Shown here in pieces: positions 41,933 through 52,807 of a stretch of 64,000 nt of DNA. This DNA is from Phormidium sp. (lineage in GTDB: Bacteria > Cyanobacteriota > Cyanobacteriia > Cyanobacteriales > Aerosakkonemataceae). The stretch is taken from positions 384,001 to 448,000 of the forward strand of contig CP143273.1 in assembly GCA_051013385.1 (NCBI GenBank), read 5' to 3'. The position numbers were made by a program, and so were the translations under genes. The notes under the pieces are model-generated. The model worked only from the letters and a program-made list of their open reading frames with translations, did no database searches and was not told where the DNA came from. Each line of letters starts with the position of its first letter. Positions within the stretch are counted from its first letter, which is position 1.

Positions 41933-42241
41933 TTACTCGGCGCTACATCTGAACAATAGTGCTGTCCACAAATTTGCCGGATCGGAGTAGTAGTCGATCG
42001 CTTCTACGCGGTAGCGAATGCGCTCTTCGGTAAGTAGAATAAAATCTCTAGGATTGATCCCTTTGCCACAGCCAGTCATCTGCCCTCTCCTGGCATCAAG
42101 TTCTTCAAACTCATAATTAACACTCTTGATTTGTTTAGTGAAGTTATGAGTTCTAGACTTGGGAGAAGCGGGCGAGACTTGAGCAAAAAGTTTATCGAAA
42201 AAGTTCAACTCTGCTACTTGACGTTCTAGGTTGGTAAACAT
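41933..42241 (-). CDS. Small hypothetical protein
   Basis: 102-aa ORF with GGAAGGA SD; MTGCGKGI...YRVEAIDYYSDP..LWTALL. Confidence 0.7.
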   Translation of the reverse strand: MFTNLERQVAELNFFDKLFAQVSPASPKSRTHNFTKQIKSVNYEFEELDARRGQMTGCGKGINPRDFILLTEERIRYRVEAIDYYSDPANLWTALLFRCSAE

Positions 42242-42929
42242 AATCCTTCCAGGACTCCTTTAATAAATAAACTATTGGAAACCGCAAAAATTAAGCTAGT
42301 AAACTTAGTAAGGCTTAACACTTTGGCATAAGTACAATATTTCAATGCCTATACCTAAAATATACAATTAACTAAGCAAATCTCTATCAGTATATACAAC
42401 TAACTTAGTCAAGCTTTGTCAGTCAATCATCTCTCTATTGATATAAGTGCAAGTCGAACCTTCAACAGTTGTAATTGTTGTCGTCCATAGGGCTTTAGTC
42501 GCAGATTATACAAACAAAACTACCGAGGCAAGTTCGGCGGGAATCCGTACAGGTGGATTGAGGAAAAAACTTCCTTCTAAAGAAAACTTCTGCTGTCTAT
42601 AGTGAGTCAGTTGTACCGGAAAACACCGCTAATCTTGTTAGTACCTGCGTCAAAACTATATTTAACAATCACTTTGAGGGAACTTCCGGGTTTCTACGCT
42701 GTAACTGTACTGAGAGTAGTTGTTGCTGTAAATACAAGCACTCTTCAAAAGAATTTTATAAACAAGCAAAATTTATGAATTTTGGATAAAGATATTGGTG
42801 AAGATCTAGTATTTTTACAGAGGAATCAAATAAGATTTGATTTAACAGCTTCTAGAGAGTTTGACAAAATCACGTAAGTAAAGCTGCTACGGTTTCAACT
42901 TCTCAAGACGGAAAATACGAATTAAATAT

Positions 42930-43751
42930 ATGACACAACTAATGACAAGAGTAATGACACAAGTAAACCCTCCTTCCAGACAGGTTATCGGCTTTCCAGT
43001 TACCGCCTTACCCTTCGACTCTCAAATGGCTGCGATCATGGAATGGGCTAAGCAGGGTTTAAGCAAAACAGTTTGTATTGCTAACGTCCATATGCTTGTA
43101 GAAGCTTATAAAAACTCCAGTTTTGCCAGTGTATTGCAAAAAGCGGATATGGTAACTCCAGACGGAATGCCTCTAGTTTGGATGCTCAGATTGTTAGGAG
43201 CCCGCAAGCAAGACCGTGTAGCAGGTTTAGATGTATTACAAGCGCTATGCGAGCAATCAACAAACGCTGGAGTTAAAGTATTTTTCCTTGGTTCTCAATC
43301 GGTAGTTCTTGATAAAATGCGCCAACGGTTAAATCAAGAATTTCCCAACCTCCAGATTGCTGGAATGGAACCCTTGCCATTCCGCCCTATGACTCCAGAG
43401 GAAGATGAAGCTCTCGTAGAAATGCTTAACCAAAGTGGAGCGGGAATCGTATTTGTGTGCTTGGGTTGTCCAAAGCAGGAAATTTGGATGGCTAACCATA
43501 AAGACCGTGTAAATGCGGTAATGATTGGATTAGGTGGTGCTTTCCCAGTTTATGCTGGACTCCACAAACGGGCTCCTGGTTTTGTGCGTGAGGCTGGCTT
43601 TGAGTGGCTCTATCGTTTATTACAAGAACCTCGTCGGCTTTGGGGACGCTACAGCAGCACAATTCCAATCTTCATTTGGTTAGCTTGCAAGCAGTTGTTG
43701 ACAGGTCAACGTCAGCAACTCCTTGAAGAGTATAACGATGCCACAATTTAG
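42930..43751 (+). CDS. WecB/TagA/CpsF family glycosyltransferase (GT26)
   Basis: IANVH, TPDGMP, RVAGLD, LGCPKQE, GFEWLYRLLQEPRRL. Confidence 0.95.
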   Translation: MTQLMTRVMTQVNPPSRQVIGFPVTALPFDSQMAAIMEWAKQGLSKTVCIANVHMLVEAYKNSSFASVLQKADMVTPDGMPLVWMLRLLGARKQDRVAGLDVLQALCEQSTNAGVKVFFLGSQSVVLDKMRQRLNQEFPNLQIAGMEPLPFRPMTPEEDEALVEMLNQSGAGIVFVCLGCPKQEIWMANHKDRVNAVMIGLGGAFPVYAGLHKRAPGFVREAGFEWLYRLLQEPRRLWGRYSSTIPIFIWLACKQLLTGQRQQLLEEYNDATI

Positions 43752-43928
43752 AAGCTGTTTCTGTAGAGAAGAGTTGGGAGAAAAATTGAGAAAGGGTGAT
43801 TTGTATCTATATATTGTTCTCCCGGCTCCTTGGTCGAAAAGCTGCTGTTTAGTCTCAAATTTTTGAATAATGAAGGTTAAATTTATATATGTAGTTAAAT
43901 TAATAACTTGTGCGATCGCCACAGTTAT

Positions 43929-43990
43929 GGGAGAACCCAAAATAGAGTGCAGCTTGTTAAAAAGCTGACTTCTCTATTTTGAGTTCTCTC
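43929..43990. other. Long intergenic hairpin (terminator or RNA-stability element)
   Basis: GAGAAC.CAAAATAGAG..CAGCTT / AAGCTG....CTCTATTTTG.GTTCTC. Confidence 0.55.
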
Positions 43991-44043
43991 TTGTTTTTAG
44001 CTCATTTTCAATACCGTTTGTCAAGGCGTAAGAGGTAATTAAC

Positions 44044-45201
44044 ATGGGTGCTCCTCCCGTTAATCTGGAACGTTTGCAAAATGCAAATGAGTCCGCTTCC
44101 GATCGAAACCGAAAACAAAACATCGAAGGATTCGATTTTTTGCGGGCTATCTTTTCGGTTGTAATAGTTGCACTGAAAACCAGATTTTTCTATCTAGGAG
44201 AAATATTTGTTTCTGCTACTTTCGCCTATGCTTTGATGGCTAAAGTGGCTTATCTCGCCGTTCCGGTTTTCCTCCAAATGTCCTTGTTTTTATTCTACCT
44301 CAAAAGTGATAAATCAAGCTTTGTATACTTCCTGAAAAAGCGGCTTCCTCGACTAATCTTGCTTTATGTTTTTTGGGTAGGAACCTACCTGTTGTTTGAG
44401 ATTGTTGTTAAAGGTAATTCTGCCATACTCAAAGGTGTAACTTCATCACCCAGAAGCATGATTGAATTTATCATTAGTGGAGGTCAATCACCTTTCTTCT
44501 TTTTATTCAGTCTAATTTTCTTGACTACTCTGGCGGCGATCGTAGTTACCGCATTTAAAAAAATTGAAAACGAATCAGTAAAGCATTGGATTAGCTACGC
44601 TTTGCTTTTTGTCTCTGCACTAGCGGTTTTCTCTGTTTCCCTAATTCCATTTACAGTCACTCAACTTGGCGGTAATCCCGAAACAGGAATTGCTCGCTCC
44701 ATTTCTAGCATTGTTTTCTGGGATTATAATCCATTTTGTTTTTTACCCTATCTTTTTACTTCGCTGATAGTCATTCAAGATTTTAACAATGGAAAACTGG
44801 AACAATTTTCTTCATTTTTTAAGGTCAAGCTCTGTACGATACTAGCTTTGTTCATTGGGTTCACTATTATAGAATTCCACACTCTGGAAAAATTGCTTCA
44901 TTATTCCAGAATTTCTTTATTATTAGGTTCCTGGCTCCTGCTGTATCTTGCCTTGCTATCTCCTCTTCAAGCTCCTCCGATCGTTAAGTTTATTGCATCC
45001 TGTTCTTTAGGGATCTACGCATTTCACGTTCTTCTTACTGGTCTTACCTTGCCAATTATCGGTAATAATGAGTTTTTCAAAAATCTCTTTGAGACAGTTC
45101 CAGGCTCAGATATAGTGCTTGATTTTGTAGTAGTTTTAACTGGTTCTATTGCTCTTAGCTTCATCCTGAAAAGAATCAAAGTTTTGAAAGATTTTGTCTA
45201 A
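44044..45201 (+). CDS. Acyltransferase family 3 (OafA-like membrane O-acyltransferase)
   Basis: IEGFDFLRA, AVPVFLQMSLFL, KRLPRL, SLGIYAFH; ~10 TM. Confidence 0.85.
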   Translation: MGAPPVNLERLQNANESASDRNRKQNIEGFDFLRAIFSVVIVALKTRFFYLGEIFVSATFAYALMAKVAYLAVPVFLQMSLFLFYLKSDKSSFVYFLKKRLPRLILLYVFWVGTYLLFEIVVKGNSAILKGVTSSPRSMIEFIISGGQSPFFFLFSLIFLTTLAAIVVTAFKKIENESVKHWISYALLFVSALAVFSVSLIPFTVTQLGGNPETGIARSISSIVFWDYNPFCFLPYLFTSLIVIQDFNNGKLEQFSSFFKVKLCTILALFIGFTIIEFHTLEKLLHYSRISLLLGSWLLLYLALLSPLQAPPIVKFIASCSLGIYAFHVLLTGLTLPIIGNNEFFKNLFETVPGSDIVLDFVVVLTGSIALSFILKRIKVLKDFV

Positions 45202-45252
45202 AAAGCTAACTGAATAGAGAGAATTATTGCCTGAAATAATTTGGAGACATTC

Positions 45253-47229
45253 ATGTTTGTTTTACTACCAATCATTGCCTTTGTTCTTCTCTTCTTGAAT
45301 ATCTACAGTAGACAAAAGAAGTGCTGGCGTAGTTCTTTCCTCCTCTCATCTCTTGTCTGGGCAGTTTTATTAACTGCAACTACTGAGGTTTTAAGTCTTT
45401 TTAAATTGCTAACCTTTGGTTGGGTAATGAGTGCATGGTTATTAATCTGCACGCTGCTAGGTTTTTTCTATAAACTGACTTTCCCAAAGAGAAAGCCAGT
45501 TAATCAAAGGAGAAAACTAGTAAAAGATTTGCAAATTTTCCTCAAGCAGGATGGGATTTTAACAAATTCACAGACTCGGACTTGGCTGTTGGGAATTTTG
45601 TTTATTGTCAGTATGATTGGCTTAATTGCTATCATTGCGCCTCCTAATACCAATGATTCAATGGGCTACCACATGCCAAGGGTGATGCACTGGATACAAA
45701 ATCACACTGTTAATCATTTCCCAACTAATTATACAGCCCAGCTGTTTCTCTCTCCTTGGTCTGCGTTTGGGATTCTGCACTTTCAGATTTTAAGTGGTAG
45801 CGATCGCTTTGTAAATCTGGTGCAATGGTTTAGCATGATTGGTAGCATTATGGGAATTTCACTCATTGCTAAACAACTGGGCGCGAACCTTTATGGTCAA
45901 GTTTTTGCGGCTGTTTTTTGTGCAACTATTCCTATGGGAATCCTTCAGGGTTCGAGCACTCAAAATGATTATGTTGTTTCTTTTTGGTTGATTTGTTTAA
46001 TTCACTACATTTTGTTATCCTTGGAGGATAAAACCGGAAATAATTATGTTGTTCAAATCGGTCTTAGTTTAGCACTTGCTACTTTCGCTAAACCAACTGC
46101 CTATCTCTATTCATTTCCCTTTTTTGTATGGCTGTTTTTAGTAAAAGTTAAAGTATTGCGATGGCAGATTTATAAGCCTGCTGTGCAAGTGGCAATGCTA
46201 CTTTTTGTAGTTAATGGGTTTCATTGGATGCGGAACTTTAAAGTGTTCCGTAATCCCCTTGGCACATCACCGGAATACATTGTTTACACGAATAAAGAAT
46301 TTAGTATTCCCATCTTGCTTTCCAATATTATCAGAAACCTAGCTCTACATATTTCAACGCCTTCTGCTGGGATTAATAGTTCGATCATAAATGTGCTGTC
46401 TAGCATCCATTCTTTTCTGGGCGTAGATATTAACGATCCTCGCACAAGTTCTAGCAATTTTCAGCTGAATAGCTTGATAAACCATGAAGATTTGGCTGCG
46501 AATACTGCACATCTTTTGTTGATCTTTGTTGCGATCGCTTGTGCTGCTATAGCTTGGCGAAAAAAAGCTATTGATTCTTCCGCGATCAACTATATTTTGT
46601 GTATAATTGGTGGCTTTCTCTTGTTTTGTTCGCTGCTGGCATGGACTCCATTTCATACCAGGCTTCATCTACCCATGTTTGTCTTATCTTCCGCATTTGT
46701 TGGCTGTGTTTTAGCTAAACAATTGTCGATGAAGTTAGTGAATTTGGTTGTGACTTTCCTGCTGATTTCTTCATTATTTTGGGTCTTTTTCAGTGAAACT
46801 AGACCAGTTATTGCCAATAGTAACTTTATCAAAACTGGCAAACTGGAAAATTTATTCACTAAAAGCAGAACTGAGTTGTACTTTATGGGGCGACGGAACT
46901 ATAAAGTACCAATGATAGGGGCGGCTGACTTTATCAAATCTCAACAATGTTCCGATATTGGTATCACTTTCGATAAGTTGGACATTTACGAGTATCCTAT
47001 TTGGGCGTTATTAAAAACCCATGTAGATAAAAATTACCGAATCCAACACTTCGGGATAAACAATGTCTCACAAGTAAAACAGGAGTATGAGCAGTTTAAA
47101 AACTTTAATCCCTGTATAATTCTTGATGCCAGTGGCAAGATTCTAGAAAAAATGCCCGAACAAAAAAATAACTACACTCAGAAATGGTTTCTCTCTCCAG
47201 TCAGCGTCTTGATAAAAACAAACGATTAA
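45253..47229 (+). CDS. ArnT/PMT-like GT-C membrane glycosyltransferase (GT39/GT83-related)
   Basis: ~13 TM; PPNTNDSMGYHMPRV..W loop; STQND; AKPTAY. Confidence 0.75.
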   Translation: MFVLLPIIAFVLLFLNIYSRQKKCWRSSFLLSSLVWAVLLTATTEVLSLFKLLTFGWVMSAWLLICTLLGFFYKLTFPKRKPVNQRRKLVKDLQIFLKQDGILTNSQTRTWLLGILFIVSMIGLIAIIAPPNTNDSMGYHMPRVMHWIQNHTVNHFPTNYTAQLFLSPWSAFGILHFQILSGSDRFVNLVQWFSMIGSIMGISLIAKQLGANLYGQVFAAVFCATIPMGILQGSSTQNDYVVSFWLICLIHYILLSLEDKTGNNYVVQIGLSLALATFAKPTAYLYSFPFFVWLFLVKVKVLRWQIYKPAVQVAMLLFVVNGFHWMRNFKVFRNPLGTSPEYIVYTNKEFSIPILLSNIIRNLALHISTPSAGINSSIINVLSSIHSFLGVDINDPRTSSSNFQLNSLINHEDLAANTAHLLLIFVAIACAAIAWRKKAIDSSAINYILCIIGGFLLFCSLLAWTPFHTRLHLPMFVLSSAFVGCVLAKQLSMKLVNLVVTFLLISSLFWVFFSETRPVIANSNFIKTGKLENLFTKSRTELYFMGRRNYKVPMIGAADFIKSQQCSDIGITFDKLDIYEYPIWALLKTHVDKNYRIQHFGINNVSQVKQEYEQFKNFNPCIILDASGKILEKMPEQKNNYTQKWFLSPVSVLIKTND

Positions 47230-47537
47230 CTGTTTTAGCAGTCCCAATCTTGTTTTAACAGTTTAAAAAGTTTGGAGAGAAATTTATCCTGTATATTTTG
47301 TCAATGTTTCAAAGCTTTCCTCAAGAAAGCTTTGAAATTTCTAAATATTTTCCTAACAATAATTTTATACTCGCTCTCAGCCAAATGATGTAAAGTTATA
47401 TACTAGAGACTAAAAATAAATTTTTGATTTTTGTTGTTCCTTCGATCGCTCTCAGCCAGACTATCAGCTAAGTAAAGCGTTTGAGAAATTTTGTGCAAAC
47501 GTTTTTGCTGCCTATGTGTTTGTTTAAAAAGGATTAA

Positions 47538-48698
47538 GTGGTAGCCAATATGACTGATTTTTGTGTTAATCCCCAAAATTTGCCAAACGTAAATCAAGCA
47601 GAGTCTACGAAAAAGTCTGAGAAAAATATCGAAGGATTTGATTTTCTCCGGGCTATTTTTTCGGTAATCGTCGTTGCCATCCATTCCGATTTTTTCCTGT
47701 TAGGAGAAGTTCTGGGTTCAACTTTCTTAACAACGCTGTTTAGAGCCAATGTAGGCTATATTGCAGTTCCGGTTTTTTTCCAAATATCACTGTTTTTATT
47801 TTACTCCAAAAGTGAGAAAGTTGGCTCGCAATATTTTCTGAAAAAGCGGTTTCCTAAGCTAGTTTATTTGTATCTTTTTTGGCTGACTTCCCTCATAGTA
47901 TTTGATGTAGTCTTTAAAGAAGACTCAGTTTTTAGAAAGGGAGTGGGGTCGCTTAAGGTATTTGTAGAAATTATGGTGAGTGGGAATACATCACCGTTTT
48001 ATTTCTTCTTTTCTTTGATTTTTATTACAACCATTACAGAAATTGTGATTGTTCTGCTCAGAAAGATAAAGAATCCTTTAGTCAGAGCCAGAATTAATTA
48101 TGGGTTACTGTTTGCTTCCTGTGGTTTAGTTTTTACTCTTTCTTTCATAGAACCGATTGCTAATAATTTGCCAGGGATTCGCGAACTAAAATTGACATCT
48201 CTGATTAGCAGTCTGAGCGCATGGCATTATGACCCCTTAAATTTTCTGCCGTACATCTTCACAACAGCGATCGTAGTTCAGGAATTTAAAGAGGGTAAAC
48301 TAAACAAATTGACTTCCTCTCTTAAATTCAAAATGTACACATTGCTGGCTTTGTTTATCATGTTTACCCTCATCGAGTGGAGTCAGCTTAAAGAATTAGT
48401 TCATTATGCGAGAATCTCGATCGTTTTTGGTTCGTGGTTGCTTTTGTATCTAGCTTTGCTATCAAATCGTAAAGCTCCTCAAGTTATCAAGTTTCTCTCA
48501 GGTTGTTCTTTAGGAATCTATGTATTTCACCCTTTCTTCACCCATATTTTCTTCCCTGTTAACCCTCATATTCGGCTCGCTCTTTCTCAAATAATGCCCG
48601 GTTTACATCTTGTGGTTGAATTTTTGGTTGCTATAATTGGTTCGATCGCTCTCACCCTAATTTTTAGAAAAATTAAGGTTTTGAGAGACTTTGTTTAA
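47538..48698 (+). CDS. Acyltransferase family 3, paralog of 44044-45201
   Basis: IEGFDFLRA...VAIH, AVPVFFQISLFL, SLGIYVFH, IKVLRDFV. Confidence 0.87.
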   Translation: MVANMTDFCVNPQNLPNVNQAESTKKSEKNIEGFDFLRAIFSVIVVAIHSDFFLLGEVLGSTFLTTLFRANVGYIAVPVFFQISLFLFYSKSEKVGSQYFLKKRFPKLVYLYLFWLTSLIVFDVVFKEDSVFRKGVGSLKVFVEIMVSGNTSPFYFFFSLIFITTITEIVIVLLRKIKNPLVRARINYGLLFASCGLVFTLSFIEPIANNLPGIRELKLTSLISSLSAWHYDPLNFLPYIFTTAIVVQEFKEGKLNKLTSSLKFKMYTLLALFIMFTLIEWSQLKELVHYARISIVFGSWLLLYLALLSNRKAPQVIKFLSGCSLGIYVFHPFFTHIFFPVNPHIRLALSQIMPGLHLVVEFLVAIIGSIALTLIFRKIKVLRDFV

Positions 48699-48712
48699 GA
48701 TTATCTATTGTC

Positions 48713-49315
48713 ATGAAACTGAAATCAGTACTGAAAACAATCTTTTGGCAATATCAAAAGAGTCGATTGGGCGAGCTTGGAAAAAATTCCGATGTTAATT
48801 TACTCGCAGACTTAAGAGGTAACAAAAAGAAAATTTACATTGGGGAAAATAGTACGATATGTAAGTATTCGTCTCTGGAAGTAGATCCGACGGACAACAG
48901 CGAGTCTAAAATAGTCATAGGCGATCGCACTCTGATTAGTTCTTTTGTTGTTTTCCGAACATACGGCGGCTCAATAATAATCGGAAATGGCTGTTTTGTC
49001 AATTCTTTTTCGGCTCTTTATGGTCATGGAAATTTGATAATTGGCAACAATACTCTAATTGGGCCACAGGTAACAATCGTTCCGGCAAACTACGGTTTGA
49101 AAGAACGAGATATACCGTTCCGAGAGCAACCTTCAACGAAGAAGGGAATTAAAATCGGAGAAAATGTTTGGATTGGTGCAGGAGTGACAATTGTCGATGG
49201 TTGTGTTATCGGCAATGGTTGCATAATTGGCGCAGGAGCAGTTGTCACTAAGAATGTTGAACCTTACTCAATTGTTGGCGGAGTTCCGGCGAAGTTGATA
49301 GCTGTAAGAGAGTAA
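48713..49315 (+). CDS. Hexapeptide-repeat (left-handed beta-helix) acetyltransferase
   Basis: IGENVWIGAGVTI..G..IG.G.IIGAGAVVTK..VGGVPAK. Confidence 0.92.
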   Translation: MKLKSVLKTIFWQYQKSRLGELGKNSDVNLLADLRGNKKKIYIGENSTICKYSSLEVDPTDNSESKIVIGDRTLISSFVVFRTYGGSIIIGNGCFVNSFSALYGHGNLIIGNNTLIGPQVTIVPANYGLKERDIPFREQPSTKKGIKIGENVWIGAGVTIVDGCVIGNGCIIGAGAVVTKNVEPYSIVGGVPAKLIAVRE

Positions 49316-49391
49316 AAAACTGATTCCTCATTACTAAAATTGTGTTCTCTTGTTCAGTAATTTCAAAGGATTGTTTATAGGCAGTGGCTAA

Positions 49392-52300
49392 ATGGATGCA
49401 AGCATAAAGTTTCACTTTCAATCAATCAGATACACTTTCCCTAAGTGGCTGAAAAAGCATCAAGTAGATAGTTCAATTACTGTTATCCTTGCCATTGGGT
49501 TTGCCATTGTTAGCTACCTGAGCGCTCAACAGATTCCCGATGCACTTCTGACGGATTTCTATGCTCAGGATGTCTGGTTTGGCAGCGACATTCCGACAGT
49601 TTTTGGGAATATGACCAGTATCGCTAGTGATAATGGTCGCAATAATAAACACCCTTTATTTCCTTTACTGGCCTTTCCGTTAGTCTTTGGATTGGGAAAA
49701 ATATTTAACCTCGATCCGGTGGCAGCTGCAAGACTGGTAACTGCTTTGATTGCAGGAGTTTGGATAGGAGCGCTTTATGTTTTATTCCGGCTAATGCGTT
49801 GTCCGCGATTGGATGCTAGCATCTTTAGCTTATTAGGCGCAGTTAGTTCGGCAGCGGTTTTTTGGTTTGTGGTGCCAGAGTCTTTTTCCTCTGGTTCGCT
49901 TTCCCTATTATTGCCATTAATTCTGCTGCCATTGGCAGAAATTCAGAAAGTATCGACCGTTTGGTATGTGTTACTGAGCGGGTTTTCAGTAAGCATTACA
50001 ATCACCAACTGGATGTCGGGACTTCTGGCGACATTTGTCAGCTTTCGCCCGAAAAAAGCGTTTCAAATTACGATCGTAACTTTTGCGATCGTCAATGTGC
50101 TTTGGATTCTACAACGATTAGTTTTTACTAATGCTGGATTTCCCTTTGCTCCCAAGACATTTATTGGCGAAAAGAAGTTCATGTCGGCACCAGAGTCCGA
50201 CAGTGTTTTGTCAGCAGTTAGCTCCTTTTTCTATCAAACGATCGTCATGCCTGCGATCGAAATTAAAGACTCACCAATTCGACCCGATTGGGTTAAGCTG
50301 GCGACTAACACCTTAAATCCAGGCTCAGGGGGAATTTGGGGAACGATCGCCGCAATCTGCTGGACAGGTTTGTTATTAATGGGAATCTGGGCATTTTTCA
50401 CCACCAAAAAACAGCCTAAATTAAGAATTGCTCTCGGACTGGTGATTGTCGGACAACTGCTGATTCACAGCGTTTATGGAGCCAGAGAAACCTTTATTTA
50501 TTCCCTACATTTCGCCCCATTATTGCTAATTTTGGTGGCGTTTACTTCCCTGACTCGCCTCCGTTTGCTGGCGTTAGTTTTGGCAGGATTGACTGTTGTC
50601 AGTGCGGGAATTAATAATCGATCGCAATACAACCGAGTCACAGCTACCTTACAAACTTATGGAACTCCCCAACAACAAGTAGAAGCACAAATGCGTCTCC
50701 GTCCCGGAGATCCCTGGCTTCGCAATGTCGGACATATTGTACTGGGAACTCCCGGTAGCCGCGCCGAAGACAAAGCCTACTATGAACCTGGTGGCAGCTT
50801 TAGTCCGGTAGCTGGCAGTTTCGGGGTTTCGATCTGGATGGTAGATAAAAATGGCTTCCTGAAAGCCACCAGCGACAATATCCCTCTAGATAAGATTAAG
50901 CAACAATTTGCCAATCTCCCCGATCGGCAAATACCGGGAATTTTTACCACAACTGAATACTATCAAACCTACTGGTCTGCCCCAAAACCAGGAACTTGGG
51001 ATTTAAACTTGAAAACCCCGGCTAATTCACAAACTCGACCTGTATTGGTAATTCGCAGTGTGGGGCCAGCAGGCGGCGCGATCGAATCATTAAACTGGGA
51101 TGGTCAGAGGTTGCTGATCAATAATCGTTGGTCTGTGAAACTAGACCGCACTCCAGCTAAAGTACATCTGGGTAGCGAAACCTCACCGAATTGGATTTCT
51201 CAATCATCAGTTGTCAAGCAATGGGAAGATAAAAGGGGTTGGGGCTATGCGCGGATCGAACTGGCTCCTGGCGACAATAGCATTCAACTGGCAAACTTTA
51301 CTTCTGCGCCGACTACCCTAAATGCGACTAAAGCCTCGTCGGATCTGGTTTTGGATTTACCCGATCGCAGATTTGTAGAAACCGCTAACGCCCAAGTTGC
51401 TCATCTGATGATGGGGCTTGTAGGCAATCGTACCACTCCTAGCGACCCCATAAGCTACCCGCTGCCACGTTTCCAAGAAGGCGCTTATCAATTAGTGGCT
51501 CTCGCCCGTGCCGGAAAATTAGATGTGGCAAGGCAGCTATCCGGTTACTTTGCAGAAACCGACTTTGTAGATGGGATTCAATGGAAAGCAAATGTTCCGG
51601 CTTTGGGAATCTGGGCATTGGCAGAGGTTGCCGAGCAAGTGAATCAGCCAGAGTACGATCGCTTCCTGTGGCCTCACATTCAGCGTAAAGCCCAGTTGAT
51701 TATGAATATGCTCACCACAAACCGACCGGGCTACCCAGTGGTGGAAAAATCAAAGGCTCCTTTTGCCGAACAACCAGACTTTCTGGAAACCGATTTGGTT
51801 GCAGGCAAAATGGACAATCAACCGGATTTGATTAGCCTCGATCCCTCAGCAAGCATGATGAGCTATCGTGCTCTGTTGGATGCAGCGACTATTGCCGATC
51901 GAGTTGGGCAAAGCGCGATCGGGAAAACCTGGCGTTCCGAAGCTCTGAAGTTACAAGCAGCTTGGGAAGAATCATTTAAATTCGTCTTCGCTACTACTCC
52001 CGAAACCTACACTACCAGTTTGTGGCCTAGCGGGATTGGGTCTTCTAATCGGGAAGTGTTGACTCAAGAACTGGAACGGCGCTGGAATGAATCCCACGAT
52101 ACTAACGGATCTTTACGTCAACCTGTAACTCCATTTCTCAATTTGGCAGAAACTCACCAATGGCTAGTTTTGGGTAAGAGCGATCGAGTCTGGAATAACC
52201 TGCAATGGTTTTGGCAAAATCAAGCTTCCCCTGGTTTATATACTTGGTGGACAGACAACAATAAAATCGGCGAGCTACCCAAGAGTTTCTCCCAATGGCA

Positions 52301-52628
52301 TCGTTATCGCGGTTGGATTAACCCTCCCAGCGTTACACCCGATTACGGTAGCGCTGCCCAAATGCTGCTTTTGCAATTGGATATGTTGACTTATGTCGAT
52401 CGAGAAAAGAGCGAACCTACCTTAGTTATTGGTGCTGGAATTCCTAAAACATGGCTCGATAAGTCGATCGGTGTTAAAGGTTTACAAGTTGGCGGAAATT
52501 CCGTTAATTGGACTTGGGATGGTAAACAAATCAAAGTCGAAATGACAGGAAGAAAGATGAATGTACAACTAGGAAATGCTTTTCCTGCTAATACATCGGT
52601 AAATCTTGTCATGTCACCAACAACCTGA
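49392..52628 (+). CDS. Large hypothetical protein: multi-TM N-terminal domain + soluble C-terminal region (possibly six-hairpin glycosidase-like)
   Basis: ~10 TM helices in residues 1-410 with KHPLF, VPES, ITITNW; then beta-rich and Trp-rich helical region. Confidence 0.7.
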   Translation: MDASIKFHFQSIRYTFPKWLKKHQVDSSITVILAIGFAIVSYLSAQQIPDALLTDFYAQDVWFGSDIPTVFGNMTSIASDNGRNNKHPLFPLLAFPLVFGLGKIFNLDPVAAARLVTALIAGVWIGALYVLFRLMRCPRLDASIFSLLGAVSSAAVFWFVVPESFSSGSLSLLLPLILLPLAEIQKVSTVWYVLLSGFSVSITITNWMSGLLATFVSFRPKKAFQITIVTFAIVNVLWILQRLVFTNAGFPFAPKTFIGEKKFMSAPESDSVLSAVSSFFYQTIVMPAIEIKDSPIRPDWVKLATNTLNPGSGGIWGTIAAICWTGLLLMGIWAFFTTKKQPKLRIALGLVIVGQLLIHSVYGARETFIYSLHFAPLLLILVAFTSLTRLRLLALVLAGLTVVSAGINNRSQYNRVTATLQTYGTPQQQVEAQMRLRPGDPWLRNVGHIVLGTPGSRAEDKAYYEPGGSFSPVAGSFGVSIWMVDKNGFLKATSDNIPLDKIKQQFANLPDRQIPGIFTTTEYYQTYWSAPKPGTWDLNLKTPANSQTRPVLVIRSVGPAGGAIESLNWDGQRLLINNRWSVKLDRTPAKVHLGSETSPNWISQSSVVKQWEDKRGWGYARIELAPGDNSIQLANFTSAPTTLNATKASSDLVLDLPDRRFVETANAQVAHLMMGLVGNRTTPSDPISYPLPRFQEGAYQLVALARAGKLDVARQLSGYFAETDFVDGIQWKANVPALGIWALAEVAEQVNQPEYDRFLWPHIQRKAQLIMNMLTTNRPGYPVVEKSKAPFAEQPDFLETDLVAGKMDNQPDLISLDPSASMMSYRALLDAATIADRVGQSAIGKTWRSEALKLQAAWEESFKFVFATTPETYTTSLWPSGIGSSNREVLTQELERRWNESHDTNGSLRQPVTPFLNLAETHQWLVLGKSDRVWNNLQWFWQNQASPGLYTWWTDNNKIGELPKSFSQWHRYRGWINPPSVTPDYGSAAQMLLLQLDMLTYVDREKSEPTLVIGAGIPKTWLDKSIGVKGLQVGGNSVNWTWDGKQIKVEMTGRKMNVQLGNAFPANTSVNLVMSPTT

Positions 52629-52632
52629 TAAA

Positions 52633-52667
52633 TTTAATAAGTAGGTTGTGTTTATCTACTTATTAAA
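52633..52667 (+). terminator. Hairpin directly after the stop codon, probable terminator
   Basis: TTTAATAAGTAG...CTACTTATTAAA. Confidence 0.55.
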
Positions 52668-52674
52668 TAAAAAG

Positions 52675-52802
52675 TAAGCTGTTACGCATTTAAATCACTT
52701 ATTAAAGAGTAGGGTGCGTCAGACGGTAAAACCTTATATAGAAAGGAAAATATCTCAATCTGACGCACCCTACAATATGACTTTTAAATGCCTAAAAGTT
52801 TA
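52675..52802. mobile_element. MITE-like element with nested GTAG REP
   Basis: Imperfect TIRs TAAGCTGTTACGCATTTAAA / TTTAAATGCCTAAAAGTTTA; internal GTAGGGTGCGTCAGA...TCTGACGCACCCTAC. Confidence 0.6.
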
Positions 52803-52807
52803 ATAAC

